A DNA stretch of 64,000 bases from Meyerozyma guilliermondii (lineage: Eukaryota). This document shows, piece after piece, positions 20,106 through 30,686 of the stretch. The position numbers and the translations under genes are program-made. The stretch is from positions 62,001 to 126,000 of the forward strand of contig CP128822.1 of assembly GCA_051546255.1 (NCBI GenBank), written 5' to 3'. Under the pieces are notes generated by a model. The model was given only the letters and a program-made list of their open reading frames with translations, was not told the DNA's origin and searched no databases. Each line of letters begins with the position of its first letter. Position 1 is the first letter of the stretch.

Positions 20106-21194
20106 ATGACTCCCAACCCATCTTTAGTGCTCAACAAGGTCAATGACATTACCTTCGAGACCCTCGAAGCTCCTACGCTTCTGGAACCCAATGAGGTGAT
20201 GGTCGAGGTGAAAAAAACCGGTATTTGTGGAAGTGATATCCACTACTATTCCCATGGAAAAATCGGCGATTTTGTTCTTACCCAGCCAATGGTTTTGGGT
20301 CACGAGTCCGCAGGTGTGGTTACGGCGGTGGGCCTGAACGTGAAGTCGTTGAAGGTTGGAGATAGGGTGGCTATTGAGCCCGGAGTGCCTTCGCGGTTTT
20401 CCGAAGAGTACAAAAGTGGGCACTATCAATTGTGTCCCAACATTGTATTTGCGGCAACTCCAGACCCCAAGCACGGGTCTCCTAGTCCTCCTGGTACCCT
20501 CTGTAAGTATTACAAGTCGCCAGAAGATTTTCTTGTGAAACTTCCAGACTGCGTTTCCTTGGAGTTGGGTGCGATGGTTGAACCACTTAGTGTCGGTGTC
20601 CATGGGTGTAAACAGGCCAAAGTCACGTTTGGCGACGTGGTAGTGGTCTTTGGAGGAGGTCCGGTTGGTCTTTTGGCGGCAGCAGCTGCAACCAAGTTTG
20701 GTGCTGCCAAAGTCATGGTGGTCGACGTCATTGACGACAAGTTAAAAATGGCTTTGGAAGTTGGTGTGGCCACCCATACGTTCAATTCCAAGTCTGGAGG
20801 TGCTGACGAGCTTGTCAAGGAGCTTGGCGAACACCCAGATGTTGTAATTGAGTGTACCGGTGCTGAAGTGTGTATCAATTTGGGCATTGAGAGCTTGAAA
20901 ATGGGTGGTCGTTTTGCTCAAGTAGGCAATGCCACTCGTCCCGTGAGCTTCCCAATCGTTGCATTTTCGTCGCGTGAGTTGACTTTGTACGGCTCGTTCC
21001 GTTACGGATACAATGACTACAAAACCAGTGTTGCAATCTTGGAACACAACTACCGTAATGGTCGTGAAAACGCAGCCATAGACTTTGAAAAGTTGATCAC
21101 CCATCGATTCAAGTTTGAGGATGCAAAGAAGGCATACGACTACATTCGTGACGGAAACGTGGCAGTAAAAGTTATTATAGATGGTCCCGAGTAA
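20106..21194 (+). CDS. XYL2: NAD-dependent xylitol dehydrogenase
   Basis: MTPNPSLVL, GICGSDIH, GHE, GGGPVG, GSFRY, VKVIIDGPE. Confidence 0.95.
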   Translation: MTPNPSLVLNKVNDITFETLEAPTLLEPNEVMVEVKKTGICGSDIHYYSHGKIGDFVLTQPMVLGHESAGVVTAVGLNVKSLKVGDRVAIEPGVPSRFSEEYKSGHYQLCPNIVFAATPDPKHGSPSPPGTLCKYYKSPEDFLVKLPDCVSLELGAMVEPLSVGVHGCKQAKVTFGDVVVVFGGGPVGLLAAAAATKFGAAKVMVVDVIDDKLKMALEVGVATHTFNSKSGGADELVKELGEHPDVVIECTGAEVCINLGIESLKMGGRFAQVGNATRPVSFPIVAFSSRELTLYGSFRYGYNDYKTSVAILEHNYRNGRENAAIDFEKLITHRFKFEDAKKAYDYIRDGNVAVKVIIDGPE

Positions 21195-21301
21195 GTAGTA
21201 TAAGATGTTTTCGCACCCATTTTCTTCAGGCTGCTGAATTTTTTTTCCTGCACGTGGACCACTGAAAAATCTCAACTCGATTTTTGGTTCACTTCACCAT
21301 C

Positions 21302-21766
21302 ATGTCGAAGGACGCTTTCAAGCATCTTCCCCAGAAGTTGCACAACTTTTTCGTCCGGTATCCGCCCCGGCCATTTGCACAGTATTCCTCCAGCCCCTCA
21401 ACGTTGGATAAACCTGAAATGAACCCTTTTTTACCAAATAAAAATGCACAAACCGGAAGATGGCACGGACCAAAATACTCTTTGAGGCGATCGGCAGACT
21501 TGTACAAGATGGCATACAAGTTCGGTATAGCAGACTTGCTTCCTCCTATTCCCCACAAGCGATTCTACGCCGATAAATACGAAAACAAGAACTGGATGAG
21601 AGGAGTGCTCTTCCAGAAGAAGCATAAATGGGAAAGACAGTTGCCTGAAAAACTTGCCCAGCGGGCTGAGGCCATTGAGAAAATGGACGATATTATTGTT
21701 GAGGCAAGACCTACGTATAAGAAGCAGTTGAAGAAGAGGGAACAGAAGAAGAGAACCTGGTGGTGA
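21302..21766 (+). CDS. MRPL25: Mitochondrial ribosomal protein mL59
   Basis: FFVRYPP, NPFLPNKN..TGRWHGPKYSLRR.ADL, KKHKWE. Confidence 0.93.
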   Translation: MSKDAFKHLPQKLHNFFVRYPPRPFAQYSSSPSTLDKPEMNPFLPNKNAQTGRWHGPKYSLRRSADLYKMAYKFGIADLLPPIPHKRFYADKYENKNWMRGVLFQKKHKWERQLPEKLAQRAEAIEKMDDIIVEARPTYKKQLKKREQKKRTWW

Positions 21767-22029
21767 TGTAAATAGAAGAAAATGTAGAACAATAGTTTAC
21801 TACAGAATGGAAATAACCCAATTATAAGCTCCTATTACGCTTATCGTGATATCATAGATTTCTGATACCCATCTCGTTACTGTAAAGTATATTCGTTAGT
21901 TTTCAACGTCTCCTCTGCTATACCTGAAAAATTTAGTATTACCTCTACCACTCACCTTCTCCTTACGTTACCTCTTCACTTTACCACTTTTCTTCCTCAT
22001 CTCTTTGCTTTTTCATCTCTTCTCAATTC

Positions 22030-22395
22030 TTACAAATTGCGTCTTCTTCCCCTCGTTGCCGCTTTGAATGGCCTCCTGGGCTCAGCCTCTATATCTTTAT
22101 TTCCTGGTCCAGCACCCTGTCCCTTGATCTTAACCTGACTCTTGCTCAAAACGCTTTCTATATTCAAGTCATCTGGCAAGATAATTTGTCGTATTTGGTT
22201 TCCTCTAATATTCATGAATTGAAGAAGCTGAGGATCCTGGTGTGGTTGTACAAGCTTGATGTTCTTCAAGGAAAGGTTCATGGACGGTGTGCAAGACAAG
22301 AGAGTGCCACTAACACTGGTGCCATTTTTAAGCTCGACGGTGATGGGCTGACCCGTTGAAGAGGGCATGTTCATCAAAAAACGAACCAACTTCAT
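22030..22395 (-). CDS. SMD1: snRNP core protein Sm D1
   Basis: MKLVRFLM, VELKNGT, IRGNQIRQIILPD. Confidence 0.95.
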   Translation of the reverse strand: MKLVRFLMNMPSSTGQPITVELKNGTSVSGTLLSCTPSMNLSLKNIKLVQPHQDPQLLQFMNIRGNQIRQIILPDDLNIESVLSKSQVKIKGQGAGPGNKDIEAEPRRPFKAATRGRRRNL

Positions 22396-22626
22396 TGTTT
22401 GTAGAGTGGATAAAGATGGATTATGGTTTGTAGCTGAGTAGATCTTGTTGTTTGGAGTCCTTTGAGTGGTGGTTTGCGATGGTTTTTGCTTGGCTTTAGG
22501 GTGATTGCTCGGCTTCTTTCTTGGCTCAGTTTCGCGATAATTTTCAATTTTCAGTCAAATTTCTGAACTTTAATAAAGTGCGAACTCGAAACACTCACAT
22601 CTTACCCCTTCAATTCTTCTCACATT

Positions 22627-23649
22627 ATGGCATACTCCATTGCTGACAATGTTCGAAACATACCTCCTGTGACCCGTTTCTTCACCATAAGCTCAATCCT
22701 TTGCTGTTTTGTCATCGCGTTGGGAAGAGGCAGTGGCGTGTTCGTTTTGAACAACTCGATCATTTTTGCCATCTTGGCCAATCTTCGCATAGCCATTCAT
22801 TCCCATAAACTCACATACATTGTGGCAGCGGTGGCACAGACCATCTTCCAATGTTACAGGTTTTTGACCACTTTTTTGACCCCATCTGGAATGTTCACTG
22901 ATAGTCCATATCTGGCCCTTTTGGACATATACGGGTTCTACACATTTGCATGCGATTTAGAGTCATCTCTGGGTAAGTTTAAGGGCAATTTCCCTGATTG
23001 CTTGTGGTTTACATTGATCACAGGAACCATGATTGTCATCAGCACTTTCACATTTGAACTATTCTATCCTGCTCACCATTCGTTCCATCACCTGATGATG
23101 CTTTCTTGTGTCACCTACTTGTGGTCACGGTACCTGAAGAACGCAACCATCAACTTCATGGGCCTTGTACCCATCAAAGGCTACTTTTTACCGCTTTTCA
23201 ACTTGTTTCTCAAGCTCCTTTTTGAAGGTGGAGGAGCCGTTGTTAACTCCATCATCGGCATTTTGGGTGGCTATTTGTACCAGTGCATCCAGTCAGATAC
23301 GTTGCCACTATACAACCTCTTGCCTGGCGCTTATTCGAAATTTGTCACTGGAAACCGTGGAGGTCATAGAGTAGGAATGAGTGAACAAGCTCATATTCAA
23401 AGTACAGGAGGATACCAATCAGACTACATAGAAGATTCTGTCTACGATAAGGGTTACCTCAAGGCTCCACTTTGGCTTTACAAACTACTCAAATACCCTT
23501 CCAACAATACCAAGTCGTGGACAGCATTTACCGGTCCAAAGAACCCATCCTCAATAGCGGTTCCCGCAACCACAGGTTCAAGAAGTAGCGGAATGTTTTC
23601 CTCCGACGGCCCTGCATTCCGAGGCAAGGGCTACCGCTTGGGAGACTGA
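22627..23649 (+). CDS. DFM1: Derlin-family ERAD protein with C-terminal SHP box
   Basis: IPPVTRFF, several TM segments, terminal FRGKGYRLG Cdc48-binding motif. Confidence 0.88.
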   Translation: MAYSIADNVRNIPPVTRFFTISSILCCFVIALGRGSGVFVLNNSIIFAILANLRIAIHSHKLTYIVAAVAQTIFQCYRFLTTFLTPSGMFTDSPYLALLDIYGFYTFACDLESSLGKFKGNFPDCLWFTLITGTMIVISTFTFELFYPAHHSFHHLMMLSCVTYLWSRYLKNATINFMGLVPIKGYFLPLFNLFLKLLFEGGGAVVNSIIGILGGYLYQCIQSDTLPLYNLLPGAYSKFVTGNRGGHRVGMSEQAHIQSTGGYQSDYIEDSVYDKGYLKAPLWLYKLLKYPSNNTKSWTAFTGPKNPSSIAVPATTGSRSSGMFSSDGPAFRGKGYRLGD

Positions 23650-23689
23650 AGAATCAAAAATCTAAAGAATCAAAGAATCTAAAGAATCT
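23650..23689. repeat. Short imperfect tandem repeat (AAAGAATCT-like)
   Basis: gaatcaaaaatctaaagaatcaaagaatctaaagaatct directly after the DFM1 stop. Confidence 0.7.
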
Positions 23690-23814
23690 TGCACATATGT
23701 TAAGGGCTATTTTAATGGCCTAACGGCTACGGCCCAATGTCATGTCCTGCATAATACATAGCCATCTATCCGTAGATTATAATTAGTTCACGGTATTGTT
23801 TATTACAAGTTCCC

Positions 23815-26800
23815 ATGCCCGACGACACCGAGCCAGCACCGGAAGACGTGCGAGAGTCGCGCCAGGGCAGTTCCGTTCAATCTCCCTCGGTGCGCTCGGG
23901 TTCCAATACAAGGTTGAAAAAACTTCGTTCTAGACCCCATCTTCGGAAGCGTCAATCGCTTCAGTCCAGTAAAAAATTGGTGTTTTCTGTTGACGATGCC
24001 ATCAATGATGCGGTGGAAGAGGACACCGATACACTCACGAAGGCTGACCGTGAGTACTTGGAGGGTTATAGTGATGCCTTGAGGTCGTTTTATATCAAAA
24101 AACGTGGTGGTCAACAACAGCATTCAGGCTACTTTCCGCCGGTTTCGGAAAGCCATGGCGACGATGAAGCTACTAATATGTCGCTGCCTGAGGCTGGTCG
24201 TCAAGAGAGATCTCCAGAGGCTGCTCAAACCGAGATTCTTAACAAGTTGAGGTCCGCCGAACAGGAGCTCGCCATGATAGATTCTGTGGGTCGGGACAAT
24301 GACGAAATCAACGACGATACCGGAATCACATACGACGATGACGATGGTGAGTCTATGGTATCCAATTCATCGGGAGCATCTTCGTCGACGGTGGGTTCGT
24401 TAGACCTCAAAAAGAGACAGGATGCCATTAATTCCACTCATCCGTTCGGTATCAAGATCTGGAAACCATCATTGTACAAGAAAAAACGTTCTGTGGCTAC
24501 AAGGGCCGAAGAAGATATTCATCAACCGCATAAACCCATCATCAATTGGGGTGTTCATTTGACCAACTTTATATGGTCCATGACGTTTGGCTTGTTGTTA
24601 TACTTGGTATGTGTTCTTGGCGGCATCATTGTATTTGTTCTCTCATTCTTCGCCATTCACAGACAACTGCGTGGATACGTCAAGCTTCTTTTCAGCTTGG
24701 GACGCTACTTGTTCTCTCCGTTTGGAAAGTTCGTGCTTCTCAACAAAGATAGTAATTATATTGACGAGGACGAATTGGACGGAAGATCCATTTCAGAATT
24801 TCATCGCTGGCGTGAACAGGAAGAGGGCCGTCTTTTCTTTGCCCCACCACGACGGTTAACCAATTCCCATGAGCGACGCCCATTGTTGAAAGACCATAAA
24901 GGCAGACCACTCGGCGATGCTTATTCATCGTTGGAGGGGACGTCGCAATCTCAACAGGAGAACAACGAGGCAGTGGATACTGCAGATCATGCAAACGAGG
25001 GCGATGATGAAAGAGCTGAACTTGACATTAAAGTGCGTTTCTTTGGACGTGGAAGTTGGTCTTCGGGTCGGTTTGTATTCTATCTTTTCTTCTATGGAAT
25101 ATTGCAGCCTGCTATTTGGGTGATTGGAGCGATTTGCTGGTTATTTGTCTTCACTATCCCAATGTTCAATCTTGCTGGTATCTTGTGTGATCATTTGAGA
25201 CGTCATCCTCTTGCACTCCATTTTGAGTCAGAAAAGGAATACTACCGCAAATCTAGTGCCGATACAACGAAGAGGGGCCGTCAGCTGATTATACTCAGTA
25301 CCTACAGGTGCTGTGGGTTACATTATTACAAGTTCACCATTGACGGAACCAATGTCTTTTTCATCAATCTAATTGCCTTGGTGATATTTGTCATTGTCGA
25401 TTATTTCATCCTTTTCGAACAGTTTGGTTGGAAATCATGGATCACAGACTCTTCGGTAATTTTTTGCATGTGTTTGCTTGCTATTATTCCTTTGGCCTAC
25501 TTTATTGGTCAAGCCGTTGCATCTATTTCGGCGCAATCTTCCATGGGTGTGGGTGCGGTGATCAATGCTTTTTTCTCCACGGTGGTAGAGATTTTTTTAT
25601 ACTGCGTTGCGCTCAATCAAAAGAAGGGAAAGCTTGTGGAAGGCTCAATGATAGGTTCCATTTTGGGTGGTGTTTTACTTCTTCCTGGTCTCTCGATGTG
25701 TGGTGGTGCTCTTAAACGTAAGACACAAAGATACAATCCTCGCTCGGCTGGCGTTTCTTCTACCATGTTGCTTTACGCTATGGTTATAATGTTTGCACCT
25801 TCGCTATTCTATCAGATTTATGGCGCCTACGAAATCCGTTGCAGAAGCTGTGATCTCACCAAGTTTGAAGACGATTGTACCCAGTGTCGTTTTATTCAGC
25901 CTTCGTTCTCACTCGACTCACTTTACTATTCCATCATTGAACCGTTCTCACTCACCGTGGCAGTGGCACTTTTTTTGGCCTACGTTTGCGGTTTGTTCTT
26001 CACCTTAAGAACCCATGCATCTCTCATCTGGGCTACAAACTCACATGAACAACAAGCCATGAACAAGAGAGACGAAAACTATCTCAGAACTCCCAGCGTT
26101 ATCAGTCTCAACAACCAACCCAAAGGGAAACAAAAATTGCCGGAGGGAGTTTCATCAGTCCAGAGTCCTTCAGTACGGAAACCCGCAAAACCACCACTTC
26201 CTTCACCACAAGTTGATGTACCTCGGAAACGGCACAGTCAACCAACAAATAGAGAAGTCGATGTTGAAGAGGAAGAAGGTGGTGGCCACGATGCTCCAAA
26301 TTGGTCCCGAAACAAGTCCACTGTGATATTGTTAGGTGCCACATTACTCTACGCTGTGATTGCTGAGATCTTGGTCGACACAGTTGACGCGGTATTGGTG
26401 AATTTTTCAATAGACCCCAAGTTTCTTGGACTCACAGTGTTCGCTTTGGTGCCCAATACAACCGAGTTTCTCAATGCCATCTCGTTTGCTGTTGGTGGTA
26501 ACGTTGCCCTTTCAATGGAGATTGGTAGTGCGTACGCCTTGCAAGTTGTGTTGATTCAAATTCCAAGTCTTGTGCTCTTTTCAGTGTACCGAGGATTTGA
26601 CGATGTGAATCTGATTTTCTCGTTGGTTTTTCCTAGATGGGACATTATTGCAACGTTGATTTCTATCTATCTCTTCACCTATATTTATGCAGAGGGCAAA
26701 TCCAACTACTTCAAGGGAGTTATCTTAATATTGATCTACGTGGTGGTGATGATTGGATTCTGGTTTAATGGTATGATCGAAAGTTTGGATGATGGATACA

Positions 26801-26826
26801 CTGGTGGCCCGCCATCTATACTCTAA
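23815..26826 (+). CDS. VNX1: Vacuolar monovalent cation/H+ antiporter (CAX type II)
   Basis: RQDAINSTHPFGIKIWKP, two CaCA repeats, GHDAPNWSR, PNTTEFLNAI, EGKSNYFKG. Confidence 0.95.
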   Translation: MPDDTEPAPEDVRESRQGSSVQSPSVRSGSNTRLKKLRSRPHLRKRQSLQSSKKLVFSVDDAINDAVEEDTDTLTKADREYLEGYSDALRSFYIKKRGGQQQHSGYFPPVSESHGDDEATNMSLPEAGRQERSPEAAQTEILNKLRSAEQELAMIDSVGRDNDEINDDTGITYDDDDGESMVSNSSGASSSTVGSLDLKKRQDAINSTHPFGIKIWKPSLYKKKRSVATRAEEDIHQPHKPIINWGVHLTNFIWSMTFGLLLYLVCVLGGIIVFVLSFFAIHRQLRGYVKLLFSLGRYLFSPFGKFVLLNKDSNYIDEDELDGRSISEFHRWREQEEGRLFFAPPRRLTNSHERRPLLKDHKGRPLGDAYSSLEGTSQSQQENNEAVDTADHANEGDDERAELDIKVRFFGRGSWSSGRFVFYLFFYGILQPAIWVIGAICWLFVFTIPMFNLAGILCDHLRRHPLALHFESEKEYYRKSSADTTKRGRQLIILSTYRCCGLHYYKFTIDGTNVFFINLIALVIFVIVDYFILFEQFGWKSWITDSSVIFCMCLLAIIPLAYFIGQAVASISAQSSMGVGAVINAFFSTVVEIFLYCVALNQKKGKLVEGSMIGSILGGVLLLPGLSMCGGALKRKTQRYNPRSAGVSSTMLLYAMVIMFAPSLFYQIYGAYEIRCRSCDLTKFEDDCTQCRFIQPSFSLDSLYYSIIEPFSLTVAVALFLAYVCGLFFTLRTHASLIWATNSHEQQAMNKRDENYLRTPSVISLNNQPKGKQKLPEGVSSVQSPSVRKPAKPPLPSPQVDVPRKRHSQPTNREVDVEEEEGGGHDAPNWSRNKSTVILLGATLLYAVIAEILVDTVDAVLVNFSIDPKFLGLTVFALVPNTTEFLNAISFAVGGNVALSMEIGSAYALQVVLIQIPSLVLFSVYRGFDDVNLIFSLVFPRWDIIATLISIYLFTYIYAEGKSNYFKGVILILIYVVVMIGFWFNGMIESLDDGYTGGPPSIL

Positions 26827-28529
26827 TTGGCAATATACACCCGTCCCTCGTATGGTCCCAAAGTAGCCTCGTCAAAGGAGTCAGCATTGGTGTACAACAA
26901 CTTGAGCTTACCGTCAACTGGTTGTTCGTATGGCACATTTTCGGCGGTGAAGTTGGTGACAACCACAGCTTTTTGCGAACCCTTTTCCTTTGTGAATGTG
27001 AAAGTCTTCTGGTTATCGATATCCTTGACATTAAATGAACCGTAGATGAAAAGATCTTTGAATTCTTTTCTGTATTCCAAAGCTTTTTTCCAAAATGAGA
27101 ACAACGAATTGGGGTCGTTGACTTGGGATGCAACATTGATTTCCTTATAGTTATCATTAACTCTGGTCCAAGGCTTGCCAGTAGAAAAGCCAGCGTACTC
27201 GGAGTCGTCCCATTGAACAGGAGACCGGGCATGGTCTCTCGCTACCAAATTAATGGTTTTCATCAATTTGTCCATTTTGGCCTTATCGTTACCAAACTTT
27301 TCCTTGTACAACTTGTAGTAGTTGATAGTGTTGATATCAAGATACTCATCAATAGACCAATCAGCAGGTAAATTAGTCATACCAATTTCTTGACCCTGGT
27401 AGATGAACAAGGTTCCACTCATGGAAGCCATCAAAAGAGCTAAAAGTTTACCAGATTTGACTCTAAACTTTGGAGAATCGTTTGCAAATCTAGTAATGGC
27501 TCTAGGTTGATCGTGGTTTTCTGTAAACACAGTTGACCAGGCATCGGTGCCTTCAATGAATTCACTTTGACTGATAAAGGCCTTCTTGAAATCCACAAGA
27601 GTGAACCCTTTATAGTCGAACCTATCGGCTGGATTCGAACCAAGATCAACCACGTCAAACAAGAACATCATGTTCATTTCCTTGCGAGCTTCTCCAACGT
27701 ATTTGAGCGATTCTTCACGAGGAGAATGGCCCACTTCACCCACTGTCATGGCATCGTATTTGGAGGTAATCTTTGCAAACATCTCCTTGTGGAACTCGTG
27801 AATTCTGGGTCCGTTCTGATGGTACAACTTACAAGGCTGGTGTTCAAAATCAGGAATGACAATTGGAGCATCTGGGAACGTTTGAACCTTGGAGTACATT
27901 CCGGCGGTGTCGATTCTAAAACCATCGATACCTCTATCGAACCAGAATTGCACCGCAGACTTGTAGATGGCATTTCTGCATTCCTCGTTTTCCCAGTTCA
28001 AGTCTGGTTGGGTTTTGGCGAAAAGGTGCAAATAGTATTCTCCGGTAGTTTCGTCGTATTCCCAAGCGCTGCCTGAGAAGTAAGAGCCCCAATTGTTAGG
28101 AGGTTTTCTGTTCCCATCTTTGTCATAAACTGGCTTCTTCCAGATGTACCAGTCCCGCTTGGGATTATCCAAAGAAGAACGGGACTCCTTAAACCAGTCG
28201 TGTTCAGTGGAAGTATGGTTGATAACCAAATCCAAAATCAACTTCATTCCACGATCATGAGCACCTTTGATCAACTTGTCCATATCCTCCAAAGTTCCAT
28301 ACTTTGGGTACACCTTCTCATAGTCAGAAATATCGTACCCCATATCGTCTTGGGGAGAGTCGTACATAGGCGAAAGCCAAATTACATCGGTTCCGAGCGA
28401 CTTGACGTAGTCCAATTCGGAAACGATTCCAGGGATGTCACCGACTCCATCTCCATTAGAATCTTTGTAGGATGCGGGCCAGATCTGGTAAACTGTTGCG
28501 TCTTTCCACCACTTGTATGTAACGGTCAT
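26823..28529 (-). CDS. MAL2: GH13 alpha-glucosidase (maltase/sucrase)
   Basis: WWKDATVYQIWPASYKDSNGDG, DLVINH, GFRIDTAG (Thr-Ala maltase type), ENHDQPR, YQGQEIG. Confidence 0.95.
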   Translation of the reverse strand: MTVTYKWWKDATVYQIWPASYKDSNGDGVGDIPGIVSELDYVKSLGTDVIWLSPMYDSPQDDMGYDISDYEKVYPKYGTLEDMDKLIKGAHDRGMKLILDLVINHTSTEHDWFKESRSSLDNPKRDWYIWKKPVYDKDGNRKPPNNWGSYFSGSAWEYDETTGEYYLHLFAKTQPDLNWENEECRNAIYKSAVQFWFDRGIDGFRIDTAGMYSKVQTFPDAPIVIPDFEHQPCKLYHQNGPRIHEFHKEMFAKITSKYDAMTVGEVGHSPREESLKYVGEARKEMNMMFLFDVVDLGSNPADRFDYKGFTLVDFKKAFISQSEFIEGTDAWSTVFTENHDQPRAITRFANDSPKFRVKSGKLLALLMASMSGTLFIYQGQEIGMTNLPADWSIDEYLDINTINYYKLYKEKFGNDKAKMDKLMKTINLVARDHARSPVQWDDSEYAGFSTGKPWTRVNDNYKEINVASQVNDPNSLFSFWKKALEYRKEFKDLFIYGSFNVKDIDNQKTFTFTKEKGSQKAVVVTNFTAENVPYEQPVDGKLKLLYTNADSFDEATLGPYEGRVYIAN

Positions 28530-28561
28530 TTTGGATTCAATTGAAGCGTAAAGGTGGAATA

Positions 28562-28904
28562 TTTATAGCGTGAGATTTTACGAGCGACATTTTGATTTTT
28601 TGCGGAGTGTGGGGTAAAAATTGCGATGAGTTTTTGCGATGCTGCATTGATTATTCCGAAACAATGACAACTAAACTAAATTTTTTCCGATCCTTATCGA
28701 TCTTTCTGGGGTAATAAAATAACGGGAAAACGCTCGGAAATAACCTAAATGACGCTAGATGACGTTGTTTCACATAAGATTTATTGAGACCCAAATTTTT
28801 TGGTTTTGGTAAAAGTCGACAATTTCACAAACAACCACTAGAATGCACCTTTCACATCAAGCTATGCTCACTATTGTATTCCTCGCCAATATTCACCTCC
28901 CCGC
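28562..28904. promoter_or_regulatory. Shared maltase/Zn-cluster promoter with CGG-N9-CGG and Mig1-type boxes
   Basis: CGGGAAAACGCTCGG at 28723-28737. SYGGRG at 28602, 28609, 28706 and (minus) 28899-28904. TATAAA (minus) at 28562-28567. Confidence 0.6.
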
Positions 28905-28997
28905 ATAAACTTGGGGTAGTTCCTGCATGTGTGGAGGAGTCCGAGCCGAGAAATCACCGTTTTCGGTCCTTCAGGCATTGCAACGTTTCCGCCATCA

Positions 28998-30683
28998 ATG
29001 ACGGGCTATGAGTCCCTGTGGAGGGTAACAAAGACCCCACAAGCGGGGAACAACAGCCAAAAAGGTTCCAAGCCCAGATCTGAGTCGTGGCCGAATCTTC
29101 AAAATAATCCTCAACATCCAGCAAAACGTCGGGGAAGTGAAAAGTCGGCAAAGCCGTATACTACGTTCAAGTTCCTCCGAGCGTGCGACAATTGCCGGCT
29201 GAGAAAGATCAAATGTGTGATGAAACAGTCGAAATGTGACCATTGTCGTCTCCATAGTCTCGAATGCTCATTTGAGAATCGAATAAAAGATGGCATTGAA
29301 GTTCCAAAAAAGAAGAAGCTCATAGAAGATATTCCACTAAACCATGAGACTGTCGTTCCGAGTCTCCCTACGCCTATGTCGTATACGAATGTTTTATCGA
29401 TTCGTGGTTCGGAAATGCAAACAGACGTACCACCAAATATCCCCACAAACATGAGACAGTTGCTCGATATAACTCCATCAGACAAATTGCCATACCCACA
29501 AGAATTGGGTGAGCTGCCGAAAACTGAAAGTAGCCCAACTGACACAAATCTAAATTCTGAACATTCCTCAGATTTTTCCTACATTGTTCTGCTCTACAAA
29601 CGCCATGTGGAACCATACACACCCTATGTCCATGTCGACTCTATCTATGAAGAGCAAGACCCATTTTCCTCGTGTTGCATCAAGTTGGCTGCAAGCTACT
29701 CGTTGAACTCGTGTAGTGACTCGTTTGATACGCCGGGGTTGATAAGCGAATTGAACGCCAGTTTTCATGGACTCTCTGAATGGACCATCGGACGATTGTC
29801 GTGTTTCTTTCTCCTTCCTACTTTGATTCCCATATCGGTTGAGATTATAACTGGCGCTCTTGACCGCTTTCTTGAGCTTTACAACGCCAATTCAGAGATA
29901 CCCATAAATTTGGCAATTGGGGCTTTGAGTGTAGACGCCTGGAATTCGTTATTGACCCCATCAAAATTGCAACTTCCTTCGCATATGTTTTCTTATTACG
30001 AAGAATTCTTGAGGTTTGCCGACGACGCGGTTCTTCACTACCACTTGGCGGAATTGAACTTCCACTTGAGTCGGTTTCTTAGTCTCACCGAAGACCAGCC
30101 CCTTGACTATAACTCAACGAGACGTGAATTGCTTCAATTGGAATACGATATTTTACTTCTCCCTGTCAAATTGCCCAAGCAATTTCTAGTCGTGAAAGAC
30201 AGGCTTACCTCCTCCAGAGAAGCTTTGTTCTATCATGTTTTGCATAATGCCTTTTTAACCTTTGTATATACCAAGGCTCTCACCAGCAAGCTCTATGGGA
30301 AAATGCTTTCTGTGTATCCCATTGCTGGACTTTATCATTTTCTTTCCGGGTTGATCGAAAGTACTCTCGAAATCGGTGTGGAAAAAGCAGGGCCATGGTC
30401 CATCGTTGGAGATTGTATGGTGCACTCAATCAAATGTGGACTCGAATTGTTGGACATAATGGACTTTGACGATCTTCTTTTTGTCATGTCTACCTATAAA
30501 GAACGTCTGGATGTAAGGAATCCACTTCTCCAACAACAATTAGTACGCAAAGTGTATACTCTTCGAGAGCAGTCTTCGTACTATCGCGATTTTGATAGGG
30601 TAGACGGATCTTTGGTCTTCTGGGTGTTTCGTGATGTGCGGAGCATGACGTTGTCTGCTTATTTGCGAGAGAACAACTTTTAA
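28998..30683 (+). CDS. Zn(II)2Cys6 transcription factor
   Basis: RACDNCRLRKIKC-x6-CDHCRLHSLEC. First ATG at 28998. Confidence 0.92.
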   Translation: MTGYESLWRVTKTPQAGNNSQKGSKPRSESWPNLQNNPQHPAKRRGSEKSAKPYTTFKFLRACDNCRLRKIKCVMKQSKCDHCRLHSLECSFENRIKDGIEVPKKKKLIEDIPLNHETVVPSLPTPMSYTNVLSIRGSEMQTDVPPNIPTNMRQLLDITPSDKLPYPQELGELPKTESSPTDTNLNSEHSSDFSYIVLLYKRHVEPYTPYVHVDSIYEEQDPFSSCCIKLAASYSLNSCSDSFDTPGLISELNASFHGLSEWTIGRLSCFFLLPTLIPISVEIITGALDRFLELYNANSEIPINLAIGALSVDAWNSLLTPSKLQLPSHMFSYYEEFLRFADDAVLHYHLAELNFHLSRFLSLTEDQPLDYNSTRRELLQLEYDILLLPVKLPKQFLVVKDRLTSSREALFYHVLHNAFLTFVYTKALTSKLYGKMLSVYPIAGLYHFLSGLIESTLEIGVEKAGPWSIVGDCMVHSIKCGLELLDIMDFDDLLFVMSTYKERLDVRNPLLQQQLVRKVYTLREQSSYYRDFDRVDGSLVFWVFRDVRSMTLSAYLRENNF

Positions 30684-30686
30684 ATT

